Shown: piece after piece, positions 50,154 through 62,512 of the stretch
Numbering within the stretch: the stretch's first letter is position 1
How the letters are laid out: each line of letters begins with the position of its first letter
Assembly (NCBI RefSeq): GCF_902713615.1
Contig: NC_052160.1
Location: 41,915,440 to 41,979,439 of the forward strand
Direction of reading: 5' to 3'
From: Scyliorhinus canicula
Taxonomy: Eukaryota
Length of the DNA: 64,000 nt
Made by a program: the position numbers and the translations under genes
Notes under the pieces: model-generated
Databases searched by the model: none
What the model saw: the letters and a program-made list of their open reading frames with translations, nothing else
Told to the model about the DNA's origin: nothing

Positions 50154-51093
50154 TCAAAAATAACGTTTTGTCAGACAGGTTCTCTATATGAAGCAGCCAC
50201 ACAGGATTAAGTGTTAAACCTCTTGTCAAAGCATTTACTGATGTCAAGTGGCCGACAGAACTAAATGAAACATTCCCAGATTAAAAAATCTAGGCATCCG
50301 TACAAACTATTCTGGGGAGTTGCTGGTTTCTTAGTGGGCAAGTGCACTACCAGGTGTGATACTCAGAAACGCAGACCAGAGGGTCCCAGATCTATGCTGC
50401 TATTGGATCTCAACCATGGCAGCAATCAGGCTGTTGAAATTAATATCAACACTCCTGGATCTAGAAGGGAAAAATAATACAGCTAGAATCTCTGACAGTT
50501 CTCCAATCATTAGTGCTGGGAGATACTCTGGGGTATGGTAGCATAGTGGCTAAATTACTAGATTAGTAATCAGAGGCCGGAACTGAAGATCCAAAATCAT
50601 GAGTTCAAATCCCACCATGCAACCGGTGAATTTAAATTCAGTTGTGAAGCTAAAATCAGTAATGGTGAGTATGAAACCACCAAGCTGTTACAAAAGTTCA
50701 TCTGGTCCACTAATGTCCTTTAGGGCCTGCATGAGACTCCAGACCTAATTTTCCACGCGAGGTGGCCTAGCAAGCCACTCAATTGTACTCAAGAAGGTGG
50801 CTCATCAATTAAGGGTAGAAATAATGCTGGCATTACATGCAACGCGCACATTCGTGTATAACCTTTTAAAAACTCAATCGCTTAATTGACAATGAGCCAC
50901 ATGAGGAAGTATTATCACAGGTGACCAAAACCTTGGTTAGAGATAGGGTTTAAGGAGTGAGTGTGAGAGGAGTAGAGGGGCAGAAAAGTTCAGGGAGTTC
51001 AGGGGATGAGACAGTGAATGCAAGGCTGCCAATGGTATGGCAATGAAAATTGGGGAATGCACAAGCGGCCAAAAGTGGAAGAGCATGAGATCT

Positions 51094-51385
51094 TTGATTT
51101 GATTTATTTATTGTCACATGTACAGTGAAAAGTATTTTTCTGCGGCCAAGGAACGCATTAGAGAAAATAAAATAGTAGATAAATAAAGTAGATAGTTACA
51201 GTGGTTGTGAAAAAGTACACAGTACATCGACAAATAAGTAATTAGTTACAGTATGGAACAAGGGCAAAATAAAGCAAGTATGACAAAAGCAAGAACAGCA
51301 TAGAGCGTTGTGAATAGTGTCTTATAGAAAACCTTACCTATCCTGACAGATTGCAGTCTGTTGGTGAGGAAGTCAAAGATCTTGG
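51094..51385 (-). mobile_element. Rex1/Babar-like LINE 3' fragment
   Basis: DFLTNRLQSVRIG plus GTGACAATAAATAAATCAAATCAAA tail. Confidence 0.55.
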
Positions 51386-51591
51386 GGGCCTTTGGGTTCA
51401 AATAGGAGGAGGAGATGGGTGACTGGGGGGGCGGGGGCGTGTGTGCAGACGAGGAGTCAATGAAGTCAGCAAACTGGATAATGGGTAAGCAAAAGGTGCT
51501 GCAAGTCAGGATAAGTGAAGCAGAGTTTTTGATGTTGCTCAAATGTACATTTGAAGAGTTCTCACAACATGTCCACATCTGTTCTACTTAC

Positions 51592-51660
51592 CTTCCCATT
51601 GAGAACTATGTTCTGGCTCCCACACAGCACAGACTGCCTGCTCACCTTGTTACCAGAGGC
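51592..51660 (-). CDS. DCTN5: DCTN5 exon 2
   Basis: [23 protein letters not shown]|gtaagt. Confidence 0.96.
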
Positions 51661-51909
51661 CTGCAAACATAAACCATTATTGAAGATTAGCACACAGCAA
51701 TAGAAAAATTAAAAACCAAAATCTGCATAAAATAGTTTTATCGCTGTGACATTATGTAAGAAATTTCACAGCGCAATTATAATGTACCTTAGGGACATGG
51801 GTCACAGGCTGACCTCTCACCTGGGTTTAAACCAATCCCAGGCTAACTGGGTGAAACTTTCTCCATCTGCAGTTTGCATGGACCCAACATGAACTAAATC
51901 TGGGTGGTC

Positions 51910-52848
51910 TGGGAGGTAACTACAAAGACATGAGGGAGGAGCTGGCCAGAGTTGATTGGAGAAGGAGCCTAGCAGGGAAGATAGTGGAACAGCAATGGCA
52001 GGAGTTTTTGGGGGTTATTAGGGAGGCACAACAGAAATTCATCCCAAGGAGGAGCAAACATGCTAAAGGGACGGCAAGGCATCTATGGCTGACAAGGGAT
52101 GTCAAGGACAGCATAAAGGATAAGGGAAAAGCATACAAAGTGGTGTGCCTCAATGGTCTGTGCTGGGACCACAACTTTTTACAATATACATTAACGATCT
52201 GGAATGCAACGTTAGCATTCATGACAAGAGGGCTAGAATATAAGACCAGGGATGTACTTCTGAGGCTGTATAAGGCTCCGGTCAGACCCTATTTGGATTA
52301 TTGTGAGCAGTTTTGGGCCCCATATCTAAGGAAGGATGTGTTGGCCTTGGAAAGGGTCCAGAGGAGGTTCACAAGAATGATCCTTGGAATGAAGAACTTG
52401 TCATATGAGGAACGTTTGAGGACTCTGGGTCTGTACTCATTGGAGTTTAGAAGGATGAGAGGGGATCTTATTGAAACGTACAAGATACTGCGAGGCCTGG
52501 AGAGAGCAGGCGTGGAGAGGGTGTTTCCACTTGTAGGAAAAACTAGAACCAGAGGCCATAATCTCAGATTAAAGGGACAATCCTTTAAAACAGAGATGAG
52601 GAGGAATTTATTCAGCCAGAGGGTGGTGAATCTGTGGAACTCTTTGCCACAGAAGGCTGTGGAAGCCAATTCACTGAGTGTCTTTAAGACAGAGATATCA
52701 AATGAAATGATAGATAGGTTCTTGATTAATAAGGGGATCAGGGGTTATGGGGAGAAGGCAGGAGAATGGGGATGAGAAAATATCAGCCATGATTGAATTG
52801 TGGAGCAGACTCGATGGGCCGAGTGGCCTAATTCTGCTCCAATGTCTT
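51910..52848 (+). mobile_element. CR1 LINE fragment, internally deleted
   Basis: 281-aa ORF with LERVQRRFTRMI and FSQRVVNLWNSLP. Confidence 0.9.
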
Positions 52849-53113
52849 AATCCTGTTTTGTTGTGACTATAGGCCCACACCACTAATTAACAATAAGAAT
52901 CAGGGAAGAAATATGATACACTGGTGCAATGGGGAAACGGTGCTCTTTTGAGTTTGGGACAAAGGATCTTCATCCTCCATCTTGCTGCCTAACATCTGAC
53001 CAAAAAGTACATTAGTCAGGTGGATGAGGATGATAATTAGTTGTCGCCGCATGTTATCCAGCCTAATCCCTCTCCACCCAATACAGGGCACCCAGTAAAG
53101 AAAGAACTTGTAT

Positions 53114-53750
53114 AGGGCAGCACGGTGGCACAGTGGTTAGCATTGCTGCCTACGGCGCTGAGGACCCGGGTTCGAATCCCAGCTCTGGGTCACTGTCCGT
53201 GAGGAGTTTGCACATTCTCCCCGTGTCTGCGTGGGTTTCACCCCCACAACCCAAAGATGTGCAGGATAGGTGGATTGGCCACGCTAAATTGCCCCTTAAT
53301 TGGAAAAAATAATTGGGTACTCTAAATTTTTTTTTAAAAAAAGAAAGAACTTGTATTTATTGGACATCCTTCATAACCTCAGGACATCTCGAGGCACTTC
53401 ACAGTCAACGGAACACTGTCAAAGTATCGTCACTGCTGTAATGCAGGAGATACAGCAGCCAATCTGCACACAACAAAACCACACCAGACTATCTGTTTTT
53501 GGATTGAGGGATCAATATCACCGTAGACGGGCAGCACGGTGGCCTAGTGGTTAGCACTGCTGCCTCACAGCGCTGATATCCCAAGTCCGATCTCGGCCCT
53601 GGGTCACTGTCCGTGTGGAGTTTGCACATTCTCCCCGTGTGCGTGGGTTTCGCCCACACAACCCAAAAATGTGCAGAGTAGGTGGATTGGCCACACTAAA
53701 TTGCCCCTTAATTGGAAAAAATAATTGGTTAATCTAAATTTATTTTTTAA
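53114..53750 (+). mobile_element. Two young V-SINEs in DCTN5 intron 1 (53114-53339, 53529-53750)
   Basis: TSDs AAAGAAAGAACTTGTAT and AATATC(A/G)CCGTAGAC; both lie within an older DeuSINE remnant. Confidence 0.9.
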
Positions 53751-53802
53751 AATATCGCCGTAGACATCAGGGGTCACTCCCCAAACGCCGCCACTCCCTT
53801 AC

Positions 53803-53850
53803 CGTTTCAATATACTCCGCCTTGTTGTACAGGATCTCGCACAGCTCCAT
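53803..53850 (-). CDS. DCTN5: DCTN5 exon 1
   Basis: ATG at 53850; MELCEILYNKAEYIET|gtaagg. Confidence 0.95.
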
Positions 53851-54492
53851 CCCAGCCGGTTGTCGGGGCGACTACACCCCTGCTCACCCGGAAACACAGC
53901 GTATACTTCCGGGACAAACACACCGGCGTCGACACCAGACATCGGATTAAAAATTGAGATTCCTCCCCCCTACCGCACACTTCAGGAAACTGCCGCCCGG
54001 AATAAAGATAGAGTGAAAAAATCAAAGCTTTAATGAAATAGATGGGCAAGGACGTTTGATGTTTGACGTCGGGAAGGACCAATCGCGTCGAGAGCTGGCG
54101 CTGCCTGTCCCCCAATAGGTGGAGGGAAGGGGCGGGTCAAGTCGGACCTGTGAGCTGATTGGTTATAGTGGACAGGGAGGGCGGGGCCAATTACGAGTCT
54201 GTAAGTTGATTGGTTCCAGTGGGCGGGGGTGGGGCCAGGGGCGAGCCTGTGAGCTGATTGGTTACAGTGGGCGGGGCCAGTGGCGAACCTGTGAATCGAT
54301 TGGTTACAGTGGGCGGGGCCAGAGGCGTGCCTGTGAGCTGATTGGTTGCAATTGGCGGGGGGGGGTGTCTCGGCAGTCTGTTTGGCCCTGGGCCCTGGGC
54401 CCTATGTCCCTGCCTTGAGTGAGGTGGTTGTGGGTCTGACCGTTTGACTGTCCAGCCACACTGAGAGTTATCTCTTTATTCCCCCTCACACA
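53851..54492. promoter_or_regulatory. Bidirectional DCTN5/PALB2 promoter
   Basis: 642 bp between divergent ATGs; CpG-rich; multiple GGGCGG and CCAAT/ATTGG boxes, TGACGTC near 54064, E2F-like TTGGCGGG at 54352. Confidence 0.85.
54125..54360. repeat. Five-unit promoter minisatellite (42-51 bp units)
   Basis: Consensus GGGCGGGGCCA-N-GCGARCCTGTGAGCTGATTGGTTACAGT; ATTGG at 54158, 54209, 54257, 54299, 54341. Confidence 0.9.
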
Positions 54493-54540
54493 ATGGAGAG
54501 CAGTGTGAAAAAACCCCTGAGCCGGGAAACCAGGCAGCAG
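54493..54540 (+). CDS. PALB2: PALB2 exon 1
   Basis: MESSVKKPLSRETRQQ|gtaaag; 48 bp with the KPLS motif of the PALB2 N-terminus. Confidence 0.85.
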
Positions 54541-54599
54541 GTAAAGTGAAACTGACACCCTCAGCTTCTCCCTACGCAGCAACAACAATCAACTATGTT

Positions 54600-54826
54600 T
54601 TAAAAATAAATTTAGAGTACCCAAATCATGTTTTCCAATTAAGGGGCAATTTAGCGTGGCCAATCCATCTAGCCTGCACATCTTTGGGTTGTGGGGGCGA
54701 AACCCATGCAGGCACGGGGAGAATGTGCAAACTCCACACGGATAGTGACCCAGAACCGGGATCGAGCCTGGGACCTCGGTGCCGTGAGGCAGCAGTGCTA
54801 ACCCGCTGCGCCACCGTGCTGCCCTG
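54600..54826 (-). mobile_element. V-SINE filling most of PALB2 intron 1
   Basis: TSD AACAATCAACTATGTT at 54584-54599 and 54827-54842. Confidence 0.92.
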
Positions 54827-54872
54827 AACAATCAACTATGTTAACCCAATTCATTATTCATTTCACTTGCAG

Positions 54873-54932
54873 CTCAAAGAAAGATTGGCCTTGCTGAAGA
54901 AAGAATATGTAAAGACAGTCTATAAATTACAG
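54873..54932 (+). CDS. PALB2: PALB2 exon 2 (BRCA1-binding coiled coil)
   Basis: ttgcag|LKERLALLKKEYVKTVYKLQ|gtaaat; 60 bp. Confidence 0.92.
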
Positions 54933-56088
54933 GTAAATGTTTTCTTCTTTACAACATGTCACGTACTTGAGAACTGGTGAGTGCAGGAGATGCGGGGAGG
55001 TGAAGTTGAGCCTTTGGTTCCCCAAATTCTCCATCAGTTGGAGTTTCCTTGCCCCGTTGTCTTGGTCTGTTATAGACTATTTGGTAGAAATAGTTTGCTA
55101 TGATTTGTCAACAATTCCGTTGCCGGTGTATTATGCATCTGCCAGGACAGCAGAAGGTGATCGTGATGCGCCGTGGCCTTTTGACGTCCACGAATTCTGA
55201 CCTTCCTTGTCAGCTAGAAAAACCAATGGGTGTTTTTACTTTTAAAATAAAGACTTTTGTTCCTTTATCAACTTTCACCACCTCAGGATGTACCAAAAGG
55301 TTTTACAGCTGAAGAAGTACTTATCAAAAGAATAGTGATAATAGGTTAAAATGTACGGGAGCGTAATCAGCTTTGAAATAAGCACAGAGGTTGATGTTTC
55401 TGTTTGGGTTGTTCTTCATTCTGACTGGCTCTACTTCTCAGGTATCATTTGAAGTTCAACCACTGATTATTAGTCGACAGCCAATTTGTCCACTGCAAGG
55501 AAAGTGTGACGACTAAACAATAGTCTAGTTTTGATGTTGGTCACAACAGACGTGCTCTCCTGTGCCTCATCCGATAGTGCCATGGGACCTTTTATGTCCA
55601 CCGTAGCAGACAGATGGGCCTTTGTTTAATGACTCATTAAAAAGATGATATATCAAAAAAGATGATGTCCCAATGGCACTCTGTCAGTCCGGGTTATACC
55701 TACTGCATAGTTCTGACATTTTCCAATACAGTCTTGACTATTGGTGTGAGTGAGTAGGAGAAATCCATCTACTGACGTGATCTGATATTTAATGAACATA
55801 TACCACATCAAACAGCATGACATATTAGGGTGTGGGTACAGCATTCTGTATGGTTTAACTGGTCAAATTGTAGTTGAACCCTTGAATAATACTAAGGTAT
55901 TGATTTCACCAAATTGAGCTTGTATATCGGCTTAGACTAGGTAATGGCATTTGCTTCTGAGTTGGAAGGTAGTTGATTCAAGCCCCATTAAAGAAAGCCC
56001 CATTAAAGAACTTGAGTGCATAATTGAGGCTACCATCTCATTGACTTTATGTTGGCACATCTGTTAAACTTTTATTTTCTGTCACTAG

Positions 56089-56188
56089 CGTGCACAGAAA
56101 GCTGAACTTGTGCGGAATCATGTTAAAAACACCATTGCACACCAGAATCAGCCGCTGGAAGAGCAAAGCGCAACCCAGCAGACAACTG
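56089..56188 (+). CDS. PALB2: PALB2 exon 3
   Basis: actag|RAQKAELVRNHVKNTIAHQNQPLEEQSATQQTT G|gtaagt. Confidence 0.9.
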
Positions 56189-56613
56189 GTAAGTTTTCAG
56201 CAAATAATTTTAAACTTTAGAACGGATCTTGCTTTTGGGTGACTTGTTGATCATACTGACTTCAGTGATAGACTTTGCTACAACAAATGGAAAGCTTAAA
56301 GTGAATGTCACCGGGATACGCCTGCATTCTGTGCAAATTAAAATTGGGAGTTTACTTGCTTCTCAGTTGTCACCTACCCACTCTGCATCCATGCTGATTA
56401 AGAATAGGACCATTCGACCCCTCGAGCCTCTTCTGCCTGTTGGATAATGTAAAGTTGTTACACCAATGTTTTCTTTTAAAATAAAAACTCGTGGCCCTGT
56501 TTACCTTTTATATTCAGATTGTGTATCTGTCTCTGTTTCCTTCTCTTTCCCCCTCTCCCACAAGAAAAAGAAATTCAGAACCTAATGTATGTTTCTTAAA
56601 TCTTTTTACAAAG

Positions 56614-58386
56614 GTGAGTCCTTGCCATTTTTGGATACGTATCAGTCAAGTTCTTCATATCAGAGAAGCCGAGTCCCAGAAAGCAAGGAGAAAAAATCAG
56701 CAGTGACCTTTAACCTTGAGCCTGAAATCATCGACTCCATTGGTGGCCCAAATGCGGCTTTGACAAGAACGTGTGAAAGTTTTGAAGACCCTTCAGCAGA
56801 ACCCACCTTTTCCCCAGTGGTGGAAACAGGTCCTGTCACAAAGTCAGACATTCGAGTTCCAAGTCGTCTGAAACTGAAGAAAAAGAAGTCGGGTGAAGTA
56901 CTGAAAAAGGGTGAAGCAGCCAATGAACTGAGTGCATCTCTGGCAAGTTCTGAAGAACCCTCTGTTAAAGAAATAGAAGAACTGGATTCAGCTGTTCATG
57001 AACAGAATGCAATATCTTCCTTCTTTAACAGAGGCAACGACGTCTCCACGGCACTAGGTAGAGATGTAAAGGAGAATGGTTCTCGCCAAGAAGACTCTGT
57101 GCCATTCAAAAATGAAGCACAAGAGGTAGAAGGTAATCACTTGACCTCGCACTTGGGCAGAACTATGAATGACACAGTCTGCTGCAGTCCTGGTGTCAAG
57201 TCTACAGCAGTGTCTGTGTGTGAAAATGAAGCTTTCAGTTCAAGGGATCCAGAGGCACTGACTGAAGCCACCCGGCCACAGCAAGAAGAGCTAAACTGCC
57301 ACGAGGAACTCATTGTAGCTTCTGAGAGCAATCTTGCAAGTGAGGCAGTAGTGTCAGAACTAGATCGGCTGCAGGGAAATTCTGATTTACATGAAGCTTC
57401 AGAAGACAACCCACTGAACTCTTGTACCCTTGTTGAGGGTCTTCTCTTCCCTGTAGAGTATTATGTGCGGACAACCCGACGCATGACCAGCTGTCAGCAG
57501 CAGGTAGATCTCAACGCAGTGATTCACAGCCACTTGGGAAAGTGCAGAAGGGGTGGCAGAGGGAAGTCTAAGAAGTCCACACTTGATCAGGGCAACCCTG
57601 CAAAAGGCCTCCCCAAGGCTGAGGGAGAGATCAGCGACACATTATTACTTTTTAACAGTCAGGAGGATGATTTTGCAGCATCTAATGCAGCATCTTCACA
57701 GCATCACTCACAGTACCCCTGGAACACTGATGTTGATTCTCAAAGTATTAAATCGAACCATGTGAAAGGGAGAAAAAGAGATCGAGGAGGATGTATAAAA
57801 CCCAAACTCACGGATGATACTAAGGTATTGAAAGTTACAGAGTGGACTTTAAACAATCACACAATTTCTGATGTTCAACATGTTGCAGCTTCTGATGTTC
57901 ATAGTGAGAGAGAAAGCGAGGGGGATGAAAATAACTTCTGTCAGCCAGTGCCCAACACTTGTGAACTGTTTGGAAATACAGTAAATAAGTTGAGTGGTCA
58001 TGATTTTTCGAGTATGACTAACTTTAATATCAAGAGTTCTAATCTGACTTTGGCTAAACCTAAACACATTGGGAAACCACTACAGGAGTCCATCGAAAGC
58101 CAGAGCAGTGATGTGTTAGTAAGGCCTTTCAAAGAAAACTTAAAAGGTTCTTCGACAGAACAGAGAGAGTCTGTTTCGGGTGTGCCAGAGCATCACTGCG
58201 GATTGAACAGTGATATCGACAGTCAGGAAATGGTCCCAGAGACTCAGCAAGATCCCTTTCTTGGCATCTCGATGAAGAAGAGTTTCAATGGTGCAAGGCA
58301 GTTGTTTCCATTGGGGGTAGAGTCGTACGGAGAGGACACTTTGGCCCAAGTGTCTCAGCCCAGAAGGAGGGTGAGACTCTCGAAAG
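56614..58386 (+). CDS. PALB2: PALB2 exon 4 (large exon with chromatin-association motif, ChAM)
   Basis: Within the 602-aa ORF; ChAM SCTLVEGLLFPVEYYVRTTRRMTSCQQQVDLNAVIHSHL; phase 1-1; donor AAAG|gtgagc. Confidence 0.93.
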
Positions 58387-58842
58387 GTGAGCACTGAATG
58401 CATTGTTGAATTTTGATAGATTTGACTGCCGGTCGCCTGACTTGATTCTTTGAGTGCCGACATTACAGAGTGGGTACAGCACATTAGTTTTTGTTTAGGA
58501 GAAGAAAAGAAAGAACTGGCACTTCTATAGCACCTTTCACAATCTCAGGAGGTCTAAAAATGCTACTCCGCCAAAAGATATACTTTATAAAGTGTAGTAA
58601 TCATTGTTGTGGAGGATGAGGCTGATGAGCAGAGAGATTGCACTGAGCTATAGTTGGGTAGGTAGGAAATGAGAGGATTCATGGTGTCGTTAAGGAGTTT
58701 GCATGTCTATTATCATCATTTAATTAGCCCCAAGTTATGTGGATCCTAGGTATTTTTTGATTTTTAAGCTGAGGTGAGTATGATGTCGGACGGGGATGGC
58801 GTACGGGTAAGATATGTGGGTTTAGGAGGCAAGAAGAAAAGT

Positions 58843-59070
58843 GGGCGGCATGGTGGCACAGTGGTTAGCACTGCTGCCTCCGGCGCTGAAGACCGGGGTT
58901 CGATCCCAGCCCCTAGTCACTGTGTGTGTAAAGTTTGCGTGTTCTACCTGTGTCTGCGTGAGTTTCACCCCTGCAACCCAAAGATTTGCAGGTCAGGTGG
59001 ATTGGCCACACTACATTGCCCCTTAATTTAAAAAAAAAGAATTGGGTACTCTAAATTTATTTTTTTTTTA
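58843..59070 (+). mobile_element. HE1-like V-SINE
   Basis: SINE consensus. Confidence 0.87.
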
Positions 59071-59600
59071 AAGAAAAAAAAGGAAGGAAAGTGGCCACAA
59101 TCAGATCCACCCGATCCCATGGAATGATGGAAAAGGTTTGAGGGACTGAATGGTCTCCACCTTACTCCTATGTATTATATTGAGTTTTGCCTTTGGGATT
59201 ATCTTCAATCAATGAGCAATAGGTCCACTTCTTCCAATTAGAATTGAAAGTGCTGACTTTTAAAGAGCCATAACAATTGTGAAAAGTTTATTTACAGTTT
59301 TTACAAACACTGTTCTGTAATAGATCCCGGTGTAAGCACTGAACTCTGTGCAGTATGGTAAGGGTATCCTGGTGCTTGCACCATTGATGGACATATGCTT
59401 CATGAGAAGCCCCATGAGTGTAGTTAATTTGGAAAAATAGGGGTTATTACTGACTTTCGTCTCACCTGAATGTTTGCACATTTAATGATTTGCCAAACTT
59501 TTTCCATAACTGTGGAAGGCCCAATATGGTTAAATTGATACTGGGGCAGGCTTGGTAGACCAGCTGGTCTTCTCCTGCCAGTCAATTTCCATATGTAATA

Positions 59601-61040
59601 CAAAACAAAGAACAAAGAAAAGTACAGCACAGGAACAGGCCCTTCGGCCCTCCAAGCCTGCGCCGACCAAGCTGCCCGTCTAAACTAAAACCTTCTACAC
59701 TTCCAGGGTCCGTATCCTTCTATTCCCATCCTATTCATGTATTTGTCAAGATGCCCCTTAAACGTCACTATCGTCCCTGCTTCCACCACCTCCTCCGGCA
59801 GCGAGTTCCAGGCACCCATTACCCTCTGTGTAAAAAACTTGCCTCGTACATCTCCTCTAAACCTTGCTCCTCGCACCTTAAACCTATGCCCCCTAGTAAT
59901 TGACCCCTCTACCCTGGGAAAAAGCCTCTGCTGACCCACTCTGTCCATGCCCCTCATAATTTGTAGACCTCTATCAGATCGCCCCTCAACCTCTGTTGTT
60001 CCAGTGAGAACAAACCGAGTTTATTCAACCTCTCCTCATAGCTAATGCCCTCCATACCAGGCAACATCCTGGTAAATCTCTTCTGCACCCTCTCTAAAGC
60101 CTTCATCCTTCTGGTAGTGTGGTGACCAGAATTGAACACTATACTCCCAAGTGTAGCCTAACTCAGGTTCTATACAGCTGCAACATGACTTGCCAATTTT
60201 TATACTCAGTGCCCCGCCCAAGCATGCCGTATGCCTTCTTGACTACCTTCTCCACCTGTGTTGCCCCTTTCAGTGACCTGTGGACCTGTACACCAAGATC
60301 TCTCTGACCGTCAATATTCTTGAGGGTTCTACCATTCACTGTATATTCCCTACCTGCATTAGACCTTCCAAAATGCATTACCTCACATTTGTCTGGATTA
60401 AACTCCATCTGCCATCTCTCCGCCCAAGTCTCCAAACGATCTAAATCCTGCTGTATCCTCTGACAGTCCTCATCTCTATCCGCGATTCCACCAATCTTTG
60501 TGTCGTCTGCCAACTTACTAATCGGACCAGTTACATTTTCCTCCACGGAAAACGTGGAGGAAACTACGAACAGCAAAGGTCCCAGCACTGATCCCTGCGG
60601 AACACCACTAGTCACAGCCCTCCAATCAGAAAAGCACCCTTCCATTGCTACTCTCTGCCTTCTGTGACCTAGCCAGTTCTGTATCCATCTTGCTCACCCC
60701 TGATCCCGTGTGACTTCACCTTTTGTACCAGTCTGCCATGAGGGACCTTGTCAAAGGCCTTACTGAAGTCCATATAGACGACATCCACATCAGACTGAAT
60801 CATCTTTGTGACCTCCTTGAAAAACTCATCAAGTATTAGCCTCTCGCTAATACATCCATTTGCTTCCAAATGGGAGTAGATCCTGTCTCGAAGAATTCTC
60901 TCCAGTGATTTCCCTACCACTGATGTAAGGCTCACCGGCCTGTAGTTTCCCGGATTATCCTTGCTATCCTTCTTAAACAAAGGAACAACATTGGCTATTC
61001 TCCAGTCCTCCGGGACATCACCTGAAGACAGTGAGGATCC
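59601..61040 (-). mobile_element. CR1 LINE ORF2 3' part
   Basis: PEDWRIANVVPLFKK, SGVPQGSVLGP, FFTQRVMGAWNSLP, tail. Confidence 0.92.
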
Positions 61041-61862
61041 AAATACCCTCACTTAAAAGCTGTGATTGCTTTCCTGAAAATCACGAAACAACTTTAGGTG
61101 AGTCGGAATCAATGTTAAAGCTTGGGGTTAAGTTCCTTTGGACATTTCTCGCCTGGGGGAAAGATAATGTACAAGTTGAAACAATGTACCATACTTGTGC
61201 AGCACTCTGCTTTCCTAGCTGAAATAACTTGCAAACTAAAATGCATCATTAAATGTGAAATAAATATAATACACAAATTAAATAACTTCTAAAAATTACA
61301 GTACTATACCCACCTTGGTACAGTACATTTAGAGTTCAGGCTCCATCTAGTGGTAGAGGTTGATTGGTGCAGTTAGCAGCTACCCACACTGACCAGCTTC
61401 TGCCAGCAGATGGAGACCAGGACTTAATGCATGTTAAGGATTTGGGGGCCACTGAAGAACAGACTCAAAGGAGTCATAAGAACGGATGCCCAGAGGCAAG
61501 AGGGGGTGGTGGGAGTGTGCGGGGGAGCCAGTAATTAAGGACTAGGGCTCGGCATCTGGTGGGGGAGAGGGGGGATGTTGCAGGGAGAGGCATGGTCGAG
61601 AGTCACATTGGAGATGGAGCGATAAGGCCGGGAGTTGGAGGAAGGGGGAAGGGGGGGGGGGGGGGGGGGGGCGGTGTCTTGAGCAGACAGTTCACAGAAG
61701 AGGCTGCCTGTGGAAAACTATGTTAAAGTGAAACTGGCAGCGTTAAGTGAGTCTACTTTTTGAACGGTGTTAAAGTGAAAAAGTAAGTTGGTGTTGAGCA
61801 AGGACTTACTGTACATTCGAGATTGTACATTTGATGTAATGCGATTTGTGTATTCCCAATAG

Positions 61863-62219
61863 GTAACTGTTATCGTAGAACACGTTCAAGCTCCAGGAAA
61901 CCCACCGCTCGACTTGAAGATGGAACACTGACCTGCTCTGAACCATTGCTCGCCGTTAAAAAGCCTGTTGTCAAAAAACTGTTTCACAGCCTGGAGATCC
62001 AGGATTTTGACCTCCCTGATGAAGAATACGGTCAACTTAAAGAGAAGCTAAAAGCAGAATCTTTGAGGAAATCGCTTCTTCCTTCCCAGCACAATATCGT
62101 TGACTGTACTGTGGAAACTCGGGTGGAAACAGAGAATTGGGACGCAGGGCACTGTGACAGTCCACATTCACAGGACATTAAACAAGCGACAGAAAGCTGT
62201 GAGGAACACCACCCACAAA
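61863..62219 (+). CDS. PALB2: PALB2 exon 5 (MRG15-binding FxLP motif)
   Basis: caatag|GT AAC...CAA A|gtaaga; contains IQDFDLPDEEYGQLKEKLK; phase 1-1. Confidence 0.85.
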
Positions 62220-62512
62220 GTAAGATTGTTCAGTCATTCCTAAAGAAGATCTTAATATTCCAATCAAAGTTTACAGTTTTATGTTTAATTACCCAACATT
62301 TACCTTATTCCCTTTTCCAAGTTAGATATCCTATAAACTAATATATTCCAAGAGATTGGACAAACAATACATCATGGCACAAATTTATCTTTATCCTATT
62401 AGCAGAGCTTATTTGTATAAGCTATTTATGAATCATACCCACACAGTACAAATATTTTGCCTATTAACTATAGACTGTATGCATATTGGCCTGTGAGAGC
62501 GGTGAAGATATT

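Noticed and set aside
51930-52775. 281-aa ORF as a domesticated gene
   Set aside because: Internally deleted CR1 ORF2 piece lacking the RT core, antisense within a DCTN5 intron.
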